This document shows positions 19,574 through 29,606 of a DNA stretch of 64,000 nt, piece by piece (position 1 is the first letter of the stretch; every line of letters starts with the position of its first letter). The stretch is from an uncultured Atopobium sp. (GTDB lineage: Bacteria > Actinomycetota > Coriobacteriia > Coriobacteriales > Atopobiaceae). The notes beneath the pieces were generated by a model. That model did not search any database and was not told where the DNA came from. It was given only the letters and a program-made list of their open reading frames with translations. The stretch lies in contig CALIAZ010000003.1 in the NCBI GenBank assembly GCA_938045565.1, positions 82,805 to 146,804 of the forward strand. Reading direction: 5' to 3'. The translations under genes and the position numbers were made by a program.

Positions 19574-20756
19574 CGAGAAGCGCCTCCACTCCTGGAAGTG
19601 CCTTACCCTCAACGAGCTCCATGGAGGCGCCGCCGCCAGTGGAAATCCAGCTCATCTTGTCAGCAAGGTGGAACTTGTTAACTGCTGCAACAGAATCGCC
19701 GCCACCGATGATGGAGGTGCAATCAGCGTCCGCAACAGCACGAGCAACAGCCTCGGTGCCCTTTGCAAACTGGTCAAACTCAAAGACGCCCATAGGACCA
19801 TTCCAGAAGACGGTCTTTGCGCCCTTGATTGCCTCAGAATAAAGCTCAACGGTCTTAGGACCAATGTCCATACCCATGCGATCTGCAGGGATCTGGTCAG
19901 AAGGAACTACCTCACCAACAGCGTCCTCACCAAAGTGATCGGTAACAACGTTGTCAACAGGAAGCAGAATCTTAACGCCCTTCTCCTCTGCCTTCTTGAG
20001 CATCTCACCTGCGCGCTCAATCCAGTCTGGCTCCTGAAGAGAAGTACCAACGGTATAACCCTTTGCCAGGAAGAAGGTGTATGCCATACCGCCACCGATG
20101 ATAAGGGTATCAGCGGAATCGATAAGGTGATCAAGAACACCAATCTTAGAAGAAACCTTGGAACCACCAACGATAGCTACAAGTGGGCGCTCTGGGTTAG
20201 AGAAGATAGAGGTAAGAGTGTCAACCTCTTTCTCAAGCAGGAAGCCAGCATATGCAGGAAGATAAGCTGCTGGTCCAACAACAGAGCCCTGTGCACGGTG
20301 AGCAGTACCAAAGGCATCAAGAACAAAGATGTCACCATAAGATGCAAGGGTCTTTGCAATCTCTGGATCATTCTTCTTCTCACGCTTGTCAAAACGGACG
20401 TTCTCAAGAACAAGAACCTCGCCATCCTTGAGTGCGTCTACAGCCTCACGGGCCTTCTCGCCATAGGTGTCCTCAACAAACTTAACCTCGCGACCAAGAA
20501 GCTCAGCAAGCTTCTCTGCAGCTGGGCGCAGGGAAAGCTCTGGCTGGAAGCCGGTGCCATCTGGACGGCCAAGGTGGCTCATCAGGATGACCTTTGCGTT
20601 GTGGTCGAGAAGATACTGGATGGTTGGAAGTGCAGCGCGAACGCGGGTGTCGTCAGTAACAACACCGTCCTTTAGAGGCACGTTGAAATCAACGCGCATA
20701 AGAACGCGCTTTCCATCAACATCTGCATCGCGGACAGTCTTCTTTGTAAAAGCCAT
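19566..20756 (-). CDS. pgk: Phosphoglycerate kinase
   Basis: RVDFNVP, SHLGRP, DAFGTAHR, WNGPMGVFE, STGGGAS. Confidence 0.98.
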   Translation of the reverse strand: MAFTKKTVRDADVDGKRVLMRVDFNVPLKDGVVTDDTRVRAALPTIQYLLDHNAKVILMSHLGRPDGTGFQPELSLRPAAEKLAELLGREVKFVEDTYGEKAREAVDALKDGEVLVLENVRFDKREKKNDPEIAKTLASYGDIFVLDAFGTAHRAQGSVVGPAAYLPAYAGFLLEKEVDTLTSIFSNPERPLVAIVGGSKVSSKIGVLDHLIDSADTLIIGGGMAYTFFLAKGYTVGTSLQEPDWIERAGEMLKKAEEKGVKILLPVDNVVTDHFGEDAVGEVVPSDQIPADRMGMDIGPKTVELYSEAIKGAKTVFWNGPMGVFEFDQFAKGTEAVARAVADADCTSIIGGGDSVAAVNKFHLADKMSWISTGGGASMELVEGKALPGVEALLDA

Positions 20757-20782
20757 GTCACTCCTTTAAATACGTTTCCAAC

Positions 20783-20818
20783 AAAAAAGCGCGATCGCGG
20801 CAGATGCTGCGACCGCGC
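20783..20818 (-). terminator. Terminator-like hairpin between gap and pgk
   Basis: GC-rich imperfect stem GCGCG(A)TCGC...GCGACCGCGC followed by TTTTTT on the minus strand. Confidence 0.7.
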
Positions 20819-20842
20819 CTAAGGCGTCTATGTAACTAGAAC

Positions 20843-21868
20843 TTAAGCAACGAACTTCTCGAAGTACTTGATGGTGCGGACCATCTGAGAAGTGTAGGAG
20901 TTCTCGTTGTCGTACCAAGAGGTGACCTGAACAAGAGTGGTGCCATCGCCAAGGTCAGAGCACATGGTCTGAGTTGCGTCGAAGATGGAGCCGTGGGTCT
21001 CGCCGACGATGTCGCGGGAAACAATGTCATCCTCGTTGTAACCAAAGGTCTCTGGGATGGTCTCTGCATATGCCTTCATTGCAGCGTTAACCTCGTCAAC
21101 GGTGACCTTCTTGTCAACAACAGCATAGAGGTTAGTGAGGGAGCCAGTTGGCGTAGGAACGCGCTGAGCGGCACCAATAAGCTTACCGTTGAGCTCAGGA
21201 AGAACAAGGCCGATAGCCTTAGCAGCACCAGTGGAGTTAGGAACGATGTTCTCTGCACCAGCACGGGAACGACGGAAGTTACCCTTGCGCTGTGGGCCGT
21301 CGAGGATCATCTGGTCACCAGTGTATGCGTGAATGGTGGTCATGATACCGGACTTGATAGTTGCGAAGTCGTTGAGACCCTTTGCCATAGGAGCAAGGCA
21401 GTTGGTGGTGCAGGAAGCTGCGGAGATGATGTTGTCATCTGCAGTGAGGGTCTCATGGTTAACGTTGAAGACGATGGTTGGGAGGTCATTGCCTGCAGGA
21501 GCAGAAATGACAACCTTCTTAGCACCAGCGTTGATGTGAGCCTGTGCCTTGTCCTTAGAAGTGTAGAAACCAGTGCACTCAAGAACAACGTCAACGTTGA
21601 GATCGCCCCAAGGCAGATTGTTAGCGTCTGCCTCCTTGTAAATAACAATCTCGTGACCGTCAACGATGATGGAGTGGTCAGTTGCCTCTACCTTGTGATC
21701 GCGGGAATAGTTGCCCTGAGTAGAGTCATACTTCAGAAGATATGCAAGCATCTCTGGAGAAGTAAGGTCATTGATTGCAACAATCTCGGAACCCTCGTGA
21801 CCAAACATCTGCCTAAATGCAAGGCGACCAATGCGGCCAAAACCGTTAATAGCAACTTTTACTGCCAT
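20843..21868 (-). CDS. gap: Type I glyceraldehyde-3-phosphate dehydrogenase
   Basis: [24 protein letters not shown]; start MAVKV after AAGGAG. Confidence 0.98.
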   Translation of the reverse strand: MAVKVAINGFGRIGRLAFRQMFGHEGSEIVAINDLTSPEMLAYLLKYDSTQGNYSRDHKVEATDHSIIVDGHEIVIYKEADANNLPWGDLNVDVVLECTGFYTSKDKAQAHINAGAKKVVISAPAGNDLPTIVFNVNHETLTADDNIISAASCTTNCLAPMAKGLNDFATIKSGIMTTIHAYTGDQMILDGPQRKGNFRRSRAGAENIVPNSTGAAKAIGLVLPELNGKLIGAAQRVPTPTGSLTNLYAVVDKKVTVDEVNAAMKAYAETIPETFGYNEDDIVSRDIVGETHGSIFDATQTMCSDLGDGTTLVQVTSWYDNENSYTSQMVRTIKYFEKFVA

Positions 21869-21960
21869 ACGTAATGCTCCTTTCGGTGACCCAGAGCCAT
21901 TCTCCGGATTCATTAACATTTAAACCGTACACCGAGTATTTTACCGCACTCACCGATAAC

Positions 21961-22929
21961 TTATGCATCTTTTTCTAAATCCTGAACGATTTTTTCCAAA
22001 CGCAGCAATCGGTGATACATAGCGGACTTGGATACGGGTGGTACAAACGACTCCCCTAGCGCTGATAATGACAGCTCAGGGTTATCTTTTCGCGCAAGAC
22101 AAAAATCTCTGACCGCTGGCGGCAGGGCTCTGAGTCCAACGAGTTTCTCGGCCTTTTCTATGAGCGCTAACTGGTCTGCCGCTGCATTTGAAGAGCGTGT
22201 TTGATTTGCCATCTCTGCGTTAACAACTCGGTTGACGTTGTTGCGATAATGCTTTTGCACACGCGTAAATGCAATAGCGCGCGCCATAGTTGGCGCACCA
22301 ATCTCTCGCAAAAACTTGATGATATCGTCAGAGCTCTTAAGGTAGACGGCATAAATTTCTCTGGTGCGCATCAGAGTGTTGGTGTGCCGATTACGATGAT
22401 TAAGGCGTGCTTTGACGCCAATGGATCCCATAAGTTTTACCAGTTCAGTGGCAAATCTTTCTCCCGAGACAGCAATCTCTAGGTGAAAATCTTTTAAGGG
22501 ATCAGCCAAAAATCCGCCCGCCATAAATGCTCCGCGCAAAAAAGCACGCTGCGCTTGCTTGGTACGGACAACACTCTTTGGAATGCCGCTTACCAGGCCT
22601 TCTCCCGGTATGTAAATACCAAGAGCAGAAAGTGCTTCTGCAAGCGAGTCCTGATTGGAAATCTCAAGCAAATAGTTGCGTTTCTTATGCATGATAGAGC
22701 GGCGGTACTCAACGGAAGTACCCAAGTCAAACAGACGGCGAGAAGAACTAATAACTGTACGGGCAACCGTGCCAGTCTCGGTAACAATGCGAACGGCAAA
22801 TTTACCAGGACCGTGCATCGACAACGTGCCCGAAACACGAATAAGCGCAGAAAGCTGTGCTAATTCACACTCCGTCTGAAGTTCTGGTACGCTGACCAGC
22901 TCATTTTTTACCAGGGCTGTATAGGACAT
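21961..22929 (-). CDS. whiA: DNA-binding protein WhiA
   Basis: VKNEL, AFLRGAFMAGG, HLEI, NRVVNAE.AN, SKSAMYHRL. Confidence 0.95.
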   Translation of the reverse strand: MSYTALVKNELVSVPELQTECELAQLSALIRVSGTLSMHGPGKFAVRIVTETGTVARTVISSSRRLFDLGTSVEYRRSIMHKKRNYLLEISNQDSLAEALSALGIYIPGEGLVSGIPKSVVRTKQAQRAFLRGAFMAGGFLADPLKDFHLEIAVSGERFATELVKLMGSIGVKARLNHRNRHTNTLMRTREIYAVYLKSSDDIIKFLREIGAPTMARAIAFTRVQKHYRNNVNRVVNAEMANQTRSSNAAADQLALIEKAEKLVGLRALPPAVRDFCLARKDNPELSLSALGESFVPPVSKSAMYHRLLRLEKIVQDLEKDA

Positions 22930-22942
22930 GGCAGACTAACTT

Positions 22943-23860
22943 CTACTCAGCCTGCTGAGACTTCTTCTGAGCCGCATCAAGATCGCGATGAAAGAGCGTT
23001 ACGCGATATCCCTGGCTGGTAAGATGCTCTGCAGTAGCACGTGCAATTGCAACACTTCTATGCTGGCCGCCCGTGCAGCCCACCGCAATGGAAAGCAGAC
23101 TCTTGCCCTCCTGAACATAGCCAGGCATAACCACATCTAGCAGCTCAAACCAAGATTTAAGGAATTTCTTGGTAGTACCATGCGTAAGAACAAACTGAGC
23201 TACTGGCTCATCAAGACCCGTAAGTGGCCTGAGCTCTGGATCATAGTAAGGATTGGGCAGGAAGCGCACATCAATCATAAGGTCGGCCTCAACGGGCAAA
23301 CCGTTTTTAAAGCCAAAGGAAAACACACTGACATCCATGAGCTGCTGTTCAGCAAGCTCTGAAAATGCGCGACGAAGGCGACTCTTTAACGTATTGGTGC
23401 GCATGGACGAGGTGTCTAGGACAACATCTGCCAGCGCTTTTATGTCTTGAAGCTGAGCGCGTTCCCTAGAGATTGCAGATGAGAGATTTTCTCCCTCCTG
23501 CGCCAAAGGATGACGACGGCGATTCTCGCTATAGCGACGCATGAGCACTTCATCTGAAGAGTCCAGATACACAATCTTGTAGGTGAGCTCGTGATCTGCA
23601 AGAGACTTCAGCGCTTCGGAGATGTCATCAAAAAGACCTTGCGAGCGCAAATCACAGGTAACAGCCAAGTGACGACCAACACCCGTGTTAATGCCCACAA
23701 GGTTAGAAAGCTGCAAAATAAGAGCTGGTGGTAGGTTATCAATGCAGAAATAACCCATGTCCTCAAACACATGAAGCGCCTGCGTGCGACCCGATCCAGA
23801 CATACCCGTAATAATGACAATGTCGGGAATAACTGAAGGTGTAGGATCGTTTTTCTTCAC
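22943..23860 (-). CDS. rapZ: RNase adapter/P-loop protein RapZ (YvcJ)
   Basis: ITGMSGSGR, IDNLP, SFGFK, DVRFLPNP, GCTGGQHRS. Confidence 0.96.
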   Translation of the reverse strand: MKKNDPTPSVIPDIVIITGMSGSGRTQALHVFEDMGYFCIDNLPPALILQLSNLVGINTGVGRHLAVTCDLRSQGLFDDISEALKSLADHELTYKIVYLDSSDEVLMRRYSENRRRHPLAQEGENLSSAISRERAQLQDIKALADVVLDTSSMRTNTLKSRLRRAFSELAEQQLMDVSVFSFGFKNGLPVEADLMIDVRFLPNPYYDPELRPLTGLDEPVAQFVLTHGTTKKFLKSWFELLDVVMPGYVQEGKSLLSIAVGCTGGQHRSVAIARATAEHLTSQGYRVTLFHRDLDAAQKKSQQAE

Positions 23861-23906
23861 AGGCGCTCCTTAAATACGTGACGAGAAAACCTTACCGCTC
23901 CAAGCG

Positions 23907-24596
23907 CTAATCCTCAAGTGCTGCTACAAACCAAGAGGTAATTGAAGTTGGATGCGTAATAGCAGTACCTGAAACAACTGCCCAAGCTCCTGCATCAAGA
24001 GCATCTTTTGCGTCTTGTGGCGTGTGCACGTGACCCTCGCAAATGATGGCAATACCTGGGAACTCGGTAGTTGCCTGCTTGAGAAGGGCAATGTCAGGGC
24101 CATCATCAAGTGTTGTATCAATAGCAGCCTTATTGTGAGAAAGCGTGGTTGAAACAAGGTCACAACCAGCGGCAACAGCACGACGGATATCGTCCATAGT
24201 CATGCAGTCAGCCATAATCAGTACGTCAGACTCTGCACGGAGTGCCGCAACGGTCTCTTCAAAGGTTCTACCATCTGGCCTTGGGCGGTCTGTTGCATCC
24301 AAAGCAACAACGTCTGCACCTGCGTGAATGCAAGCACGTGCATGGCGAAGCGTAGGAGTAATGTAGACGCCTTCATGACCCTCTTTCCAGAGGCCAATAA
24401 CAGGAATTTCAACCCTACCCTTAATGGCAGAGATATCAGACAAGCCCTGGCACCTAATAGCAGCAGCACCGCCAAGCTCACAAGCACGTGCAATCTGAGC
24501 CATGGTCTCTGGATGCCTCATAGGCTCACCAGGATACGCCTGGACGCTAACGATGAGTTTTCCTTTAAGTGACTCAACAAGCTCTGAGTGTGCCAC
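23907..24596 (-). CDS. nanE: N-acetylmannosamine-6-phosphate 2-epimerase
   Basis: LIVSVQA, GAAAIR, PVIGLWK, VYITPT, RPDG, GTAITHP. Confidence 0.95.
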   Translation of the reverse strand: MAHSELVESLKGKLIVSVQAYPGEPMRHPETMAQIARACELGGAAAIRCQGLSDISAIKGRVEIPVIGLWKEGHEGVYITPTLRHARACIHAGADVVALDATDRPRPDGRTFEETVAALRAESDVLIMADCMTMDDIRRAVAAGCDLVSTTLSHNKAAIDTTLDDGPDIALLKQATTEFPGIAIICEGHVHTPQDAKDALDAGAWAVVSGTAITHPTSITSWFVAALED

Positions 24597-24702
24597 GGTA
24601 TTCTCCTTACAAGAATGTACGTACGTTAAAGGTATGTGTCTTTGCGGCGTGCTGGATCAGCAAGCCAAGTCAGCAAGCTATTAGTGACTTGGCGCTTCTT
24701 GC

Positions 24703-25692
24703 CTAAAGACGCGTCTCTAAATAGCCAGGTAGAACAAGGTTTTCTGCAGCGCCAATAAGAGGAGCTTCTCCGCCGAGAGTGCCCTTCACAATAGGCGTTG
24801 CCTGAACAGGAGGCATAGCCTGCAGCTTAAATGCAGCTTCAAGTGCCTCGTGCCAGTACTTGCCGCACTCTGCAACCGAGCCAGACAGGATGATGACAGA
24901 GGGGTCAAGCATGTTGCACATGCTGCCCAAGACCTCACCGAGCGCGCGGCCTGAGCGCTCCTCTGCAGCCTGAGCGATCTTCTCGCCAGCAAGAGCTCTG
25001 CGATCAATCTCCGCGCCATCAAGAGCAGAACCATCTTCAAGCGTATTGGAGCCGCCAAGACGGACATACTCGCGAATAATGCCAGGACCTGCAGAAACAG
25101 GCTCAAGGTGAGAAGTTCCACCACAAGGACAATCAACGCCTGCAGCCGCTGGAGTTGCAACGTGACCAATGTGGCCAGCCTCGTCGTGAGCACCCAGCAT
25201 CAAGATGCCGTGGTTCACAAAGGCGCCACCAATGCCCGTGCCAACCGCTACGGTTAAAACGCTGTCTTTACCATGGCCAGCACCGTGACGAGCCTCGCCC
25301 AGAGCATGGGCGTGAACGTCATTGAGAACGCTGCAGGGAAGGTCAAACTCACTGGTAACTGCTGAGCCAAGAGCAGTTCCGCCCCAGCCTGGCATAAGCT
25401 CGTTTGCGTAGGTGATGTCTCCGGTGCGAGGGTCTACAACGCCAGCAGAAGAAATACCCACGCCAGAGATAGTAAGGCCCAGCTCTTCTGCGCGAGAAAG
25501 GGCCTCTCTAATTGCCTGCAGAACGGTGGCAAGAACCTGCTTGCCACCCTCTTTTGCGTTAGTTGGGACCTTCTTTACGGACTGGACGTTTGGAGCGTCG
25601 GTGCCGTTAAGGGTGACTATGCCACAGGCAATTTTTGTGCCGCCGATATCAACCGCACAAACATGTGTTGGAGAAACAAACTTAGAGTCCAT
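24703..25692 (-). CDS. nanK: ROK-family N-acetylmannosamine kinase
   Basis: DIGGTKI, ND...ALGE, GTGIGG, and AGHIGH (His as in NanK rather than the usual Glu) followed by CPCG; lies between nanA and nanE. Confidence 0.85.
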   Translation of the reverse strand: MDSKFVSPTHVCAVDIGGTKIACGIVTLNGTDAPNVQSVKKVPTNAKEGGKQVLATVLQAIREALSRAEELGLTISGVGISSAGVVDPRTGDITYANELMPGWGGTALGSAVTSEFDLPCSVLNDVHAHALGEARHGAGHGKDSVLTVAVGTGIGGAFVNHGILMLGAHDEAGHIGHVATPAAAGVDCPCGGTSHLEPVSAGPGIIREYVRLGGSNTLEDGSALDGAEIDRRALAGEKIAQAAEERSGRALGEVLGSMCNMLDPSVIILSGSVAECGKYWHEALEAAFKLQAMPPVQATPIVKGTLGGEAPLIGAAENLVLPGYLETRL

Positions 25693-25707
25693 GGTGTCCC
25701 TTCTTGT

Positions 25708-26631
25708 TTAGAGAAGGCCGTTTGCAATTAGAACCTGCTTGATTGCCTCGCGGTTCTGACCGTCAAGTGGCTTAACAGGACGAGGCATCTGGTCAGAATC
25801 AAAGATGCCCATGAGGTTAAGTGCGCACTTGAATGCACCAACGCCAGCACCATAGCCCTGAACGCCTGTAGTGACATCAAAGATATGGGAAATCTCGTTG
25901 AGTCGGTCCTGCTCACGCTTGACCTCTACCCAGTTACCTTCCTGAGCTGCCTTCCACATACGGACGTAGCCCTCTGGCTCAACATTAGCAAGACCAGGAA
26001 CGGAACCGTCAGCGCCAGAGAGAAGAGCGCCGTCAACAACAATCTCGTGACCAGTCAGAAGAGTGAGAGGATGACCGTTCTTCTCGTTCTCCTGAACAAG
26101 ATACCTAAAGGAAACGTCATCGCCAGAAGAGTCCTTAACGCCTGCAAGAACGCCCTCTGCGCCCAAACGAGCAAGCATCTTCCAAGGAAGCTTAGTGTGA
26201 ACGCAGACAGGAATGTCATACGCAAACAGAGGTGCGTCCAGCTCCTGGTGGAGGATGCGGAAGTGCTCCTCAACATCAGCTGGGCCGCCAAGTGCGTAGA
26301 AAGGAGCGGTTGCTACAAGAGCGTCTGCGCCCAGTGCGAGGGCACGGCGACCATGCTCCAGAACGCGCTCGATCTCGGTATCAATGATACCCACAAGGAC
26401 CGGAACGCGGTGGTCAACAATGCGAACAGCCTCGCGAACAATCTGATCACGACGCTCATCAGTTGCAAAGACAACCTCGCCAGAAGAGCCGAGGAAGAAC
26501 AGGCCGTCTACGCCAGCCTCAATAAGACGGTTAATGGAGCGCTCAAACGACACAACATCAAGCTGATGGTCTGGGGTATCTGGGGTTACAACTGGTGGAA
26601 CAACACCGCTAAATGGTACGTTACTGGACAT
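25708..26631 (-). CDS. nanA: N-acetylneuraminate lyase (DapA/NanA family)
   Basis: GSSGE, YDIP, and KDSSGD Schiff-base Lys; nan cluster context. Confidence 0.85.
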   Translation of the reverse strand: MSSNVPFSGVVPPVVTPDTPDHQLDVVSFERSINRLIEAGVDGLFFLGSSGEVVFATDERRDQIVREAVRIVDHRVPVLVGIIDTEIERVLEHGRRALALGADALVATAPFYALGGPADVEEHFRILHQELDAPLFAYDIPVCVHTKLPWKMLARLGAEGVLAGVKDSSGDDVSFRYLVQENEKNGHPLTLLTGHEIVVDGALLSGADGSVPGLANVEPEGYVRMWKAAQEGNWVEVKREQDRLNEISHIFDVTTGVQGYGAGVGAFKCALNLMGIFDSDQMPRPVKPLDGQNREAIKQVLIANGLL

Positions 26632-26748
26632 GCTTTATCCTTTCACACGTTGGAAAATCCAACTGGTTTCATACAACAATGTACTGAAGTAGCCGACCAA
26701 AGCATTGATCAAAAGCAACTTCAAAGAACCTACGTAATTATAGTCCGC

Positions 26749-27681
26749 TTAGTTATGACAAAGTCCTGATATAACCTCGCAGAGATAGTTGATTTGCTCG
26801 TTCTCAAATTGATTGATGCGCTCGTGGCCAAACTTGGGATACACACACATCTCTTTCTGTCCTGGCAGGCGATTGTACAGCGCAAACGTTCCCTCGGTTG
26901 GCGCGCACTGGTCCAGCAGGGCCGTGCCGATAAGCGCAGGTACTCGCACCAGCTCGGCCGCGCACGCGCTGTCGAGAAGACCGACTGCGTCGATAGCTGC
27001 ATCTGACTGCGGGGTGTCTCCGCACCCGACAACCGTGCGCAGGGTTGTTGCGTTGTCGGCAAAGAGCGGATTCAGCGCCATGGTAGCGCTCACTTCCTTG
27101 GGCAGAAGCGCAGCCGCAAACAATGCCTGCGAACCGCCTAGACCTTCTCCCCAGGTGACAGCTGTGCGCCCGAGGAAACGCGAGGCAACCGCGGTGGTTA
27201 CCAGCGCGTCGTCGATGAGCTGCTTGAGCGTGGAGGATGCGGCGTCATCCGGGTTGATAAGCGCGTGAGCAAGCTCCTCTGCGGTAAAGGTTCCCCTCCA
27301 AGCGTCTTTGAGCTGAGCTTCGCATGGACGAGCCTCCAGAGCCACAACAGGCAGACCAAATGCCGAGAAGCGCAAAAGGTGCAGCCAGCTGCGCACTCCC
27401 CGACCAAGATCGGAGAAAAGCACCACTGCTGGTAGCTCTGCCGTCGACACACCCGCTGGAAGAATGACGCGAGCGCTCAGCTGCGTCTGGTCAGTTGAGG
27501 CAAAGGTGATGCGCTTGAACGTTGCGATCTGGGTAGCAGACGGAAGCTCAACTTCACTCTCTACCTGCACATTTTGTGCGAACGCTACAGACTTCTCCCA
27601 AAATGATTCAAAGTTTGATGGTCTAAGCCAAGCGCCGCGATAAGAACGAGCATCTTCAAGCCTTTGTGTTAAACCCCTCAT
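26749..27681 (-). CDS. Acetylxylan-esterase (CE7)-like alpha/beta hydrolase lacking the nucleophile Ser
   Basis: P.NFESFW, LLDQCAP and GHE match the neighbouring esterase, but the elbow reads GEGLGG. ATGA overlap with the upstream gene. Confidence 0.75.
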   Translation of the reverse strand: MRGLTQRLEDARSYRGAWLRPSNFESFWEKSVAFAQNVQVESEVELPSATQIATFKRITFASTDQTQLSARVILPAGVSTAELPAVVLFSDLGRGVRSWLHLLRFSAFGLPVVALEARPCEAQLKDAWRGTFTAEELAHALINPDDAASSTLKQLIDDALVTTAVASRFLGRTAVTWGEGLGGSQALFAAALLPKEVSATMALNPLFADNATTLRTVVGCGDTPQSDAAIDAVGLLDSACAAELVRVPALIGTALLDQCAPTEGTFALYNRLPGQKEMCVYPKFGHERINQFENEQINYLCEVISGLCHN

Positions 27682-28718
27682 GCTCCCACCTCGCATTCTG
27701 CTTGAGCAGGAAATGAGGAATCCAACTCTTTAAGAGCTTGCTCTCCATTTTCTGAGCAGAAGAAATCAATGATCTTATCGTCAAAATCACCAATCTCTTC
27801 ATGCGCGTAGCCTGGATACAGCAGATGCCTCTTTGAGCAGGTCAGAGCATTGTAAGCAGCAAACTGAGCCTCTGGTGGGACAACCGGATCATCAAGTCCG
27901 GTACCAAAAAGCACAGGACAGGTAACCAGACGTGCAAAATTGGCTGAATCAATGTAGGCAAGCTTTGCAAAGACCTCATCAACGCGAGAACCGTCTGCAT
28001 CAAACCAACGGGAATAATAACGAATCCCCTCGTAGGCAACTTCGTCAGCATTAAGCTCCCATACGCACCTAAAATCGGTAAGGAAGGGATATAGAATTGC
28101 TGCTCTATTGACAAGGTCTGGGTTAAGTGCACAGGTAGCAAGACCAATGCCGCCACCCTGCGAGGCGCCGTTCACAAAAATGCGGTCTGTATCAATGCCT
28201 TCAAGCTGGCGAACAATTCTGCAGAGCAAGCGAATGTTCTGATACAGGTGCACAAAGTAAAGATCCTGTACTGGTCCGTCCAATCCAAGCACCAAATGAC
28301 CAGAAACGGTAGTGCTCTTATATGAGCTTCCGTCCAAACTACGGCCACCCTGTCCAGGGTTATCAAGCGCAATCAGTGAGCAGCCCAAACCTAAAAATGA
28401 GCTCTGCTCAAACCAACTGCGAGAAGATCCTGGATAGCCATGGAACTGCAGAACAAGTGGAGTTTGTACGCCTAAGGTAGTCTGTGGTCGCAGGTACTTT
28501 GCATAGACTTCCGCGCCATCAATACCCACAAACGTCAAATCAAAAAAGTGAGCTGAAGCAGATGACGTGACCTCTGTTGAAGGAACAATCTGCCAGCTGA
28601 GAGGAGCGTTATCTGCTTCCTCCATACGTGCCTTCCAAAACGCCTCAAAATCCGAAGGATAAGGCGTCAAAGCATGAGCTGCCTTCAATTCTGCAAGCTC
28701 AAGCGTTTCTTGGTGCAT
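27678..28718 (-). CDS. Acetylxylan esterase / cephalosporin-C deacetylase (CE7) family, probable sialate O-acetylesterase
   Basis: PSDFEAFW, FHGY, PGQGG, GASQGG (Ser), GLDDPVVPP (Asp), AHE (His). Confidence 0.88.
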   Translation of the reverse strand: MHQETLELAELKAAHALTPYPSDFEAFWKARMEEADNAPLSWQIVPSTEVTSSASAHFFDLTFVGIDGAEVYAKYLRPQTTLGVQTPLVLQFHGYPGSSRSWFEQSSFLGLGCSLIALDNPGQGGRSLDGSSYKSTTVSGHLVLGLDGPVQDLYFVHLYQNIRLLCRIVRQLEGIDTDRIFVNGASQGGGIGLATCALNPDLVNRAAILYPFLTDFRCVWELNADEVAYEGIRYYSRWFDADGSRVDEVFAKLAYIDSANFARLVTCPVLFGTGLDDPVVPPEAQFAAYNALTCSKRHLLYPGYAHEEIGDFDDKIIDFFCSENGEQALKELDSSFPAQAECEVGA

Positions 28719-28784
28719 TGATCCACCTAACAAGCTAAAAGAGCGCAGCCTAAGCTGCGCTCTGGTCAAACAAAAACGTAAGCG

Positions 28785-29606
28785 CTACTCACCCAGTTTA
28801 GGATGAAGCAAAGATGGCGCAGCACCCAAAAGCGTCTTAGTGTAAGGATCTGTTGGATGCTCAAAGACCTGCTTAGCAGGACCATCTTCCATAATCTGGC
28901 CGTGATTCATAACAATGATGCGGTCAGAAACATAGCGGACAGTCTGGATATCGTGCGAAATAAAGATCATCGAGAGACCCAGCTCAGACTTGAGGTCTGT
29001 AAGCAGGTTCAAGATCTGTGCACGAACAGAAACGTCCAGTGCGGAAGTAGGCTCGTCAGCAATGATTGCCGATGGGTTCAGAGAAAGCGCACGTGCAATT
29101 GCAACACGCTGACGCTGACCACCAGAGAGCTGACCAGGAAGGGCGCGAAGTGCCGAATGTGGCAGTCCCACCAGGCTAACCAGCTCATTAATACGGGCTT
29201 CTCGCTCCTTCTCTGTTCCTACCTTATGTACCAGCAGTGGATCCATAAGCTGATCTTTGACAATCATGCGAGGGTTAAGAGCAGTTGCTGGGTCCTGGAA
29301 GACAACAGAGACAACGCGGCCAATCTGCTTTCTGAGCTCTGGAGTACGCTTGGTAACATCCATTCCCTTGAAGTACACATGACCGGACGTTGGTGACTGA
29401 AGACCACACATGACATTTGCGGTAGTGGACTTTCCGCAACCGGACTCGCCAACAATACCAATGGTCTCACCAGGCATAAGCTTGAGAGAAACATTCTGTA
29501 CTGCGTGGACCTTATTAGGCTTAAAGATTGAGCCTGTACGCGTCTTAAACGTAACCGAAATATCATCGAGGAAGATAATTGGCTGCTCTTCAGTTGTTGT
29601 AGCCAT
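28785..29606 (-). CDS. ABC ATP-binding protein (sialic-acid transporter, SatD-like)
   Basis: [24 protein letters not shown]. Confidence 0.93.
   Translation of the reverse strand: MATTTEEQPIIFLDDISVTFKTRTGSIFKPNKVHAVQNVSLKLMPGETIGIVGESGCGKSTTANVMCGLQSPTSGHVYFKGMDVTKRTPELRKQIGRVVSVVFQDPATALNPRMIVKDQLMDPLLVHKVGTEKEREARINELVSLVGLPHSALRALPGQLSGGQRQRVAIARALSLNPSAIIADEPTSALDVSVRAQILNLLTDLKSELGLSMIFISHDIQTVRYVSDRIIVMNHGQIMEDGPAKQVFEHPTDPYTKTLLGAAPSLLHPKLGE

Noticed and set aside
25708..26631. Annotation as dapA
   Set aside because: The GSSGE motif and the position beside nanK, nanE and a Sat-type transporter favour NanA
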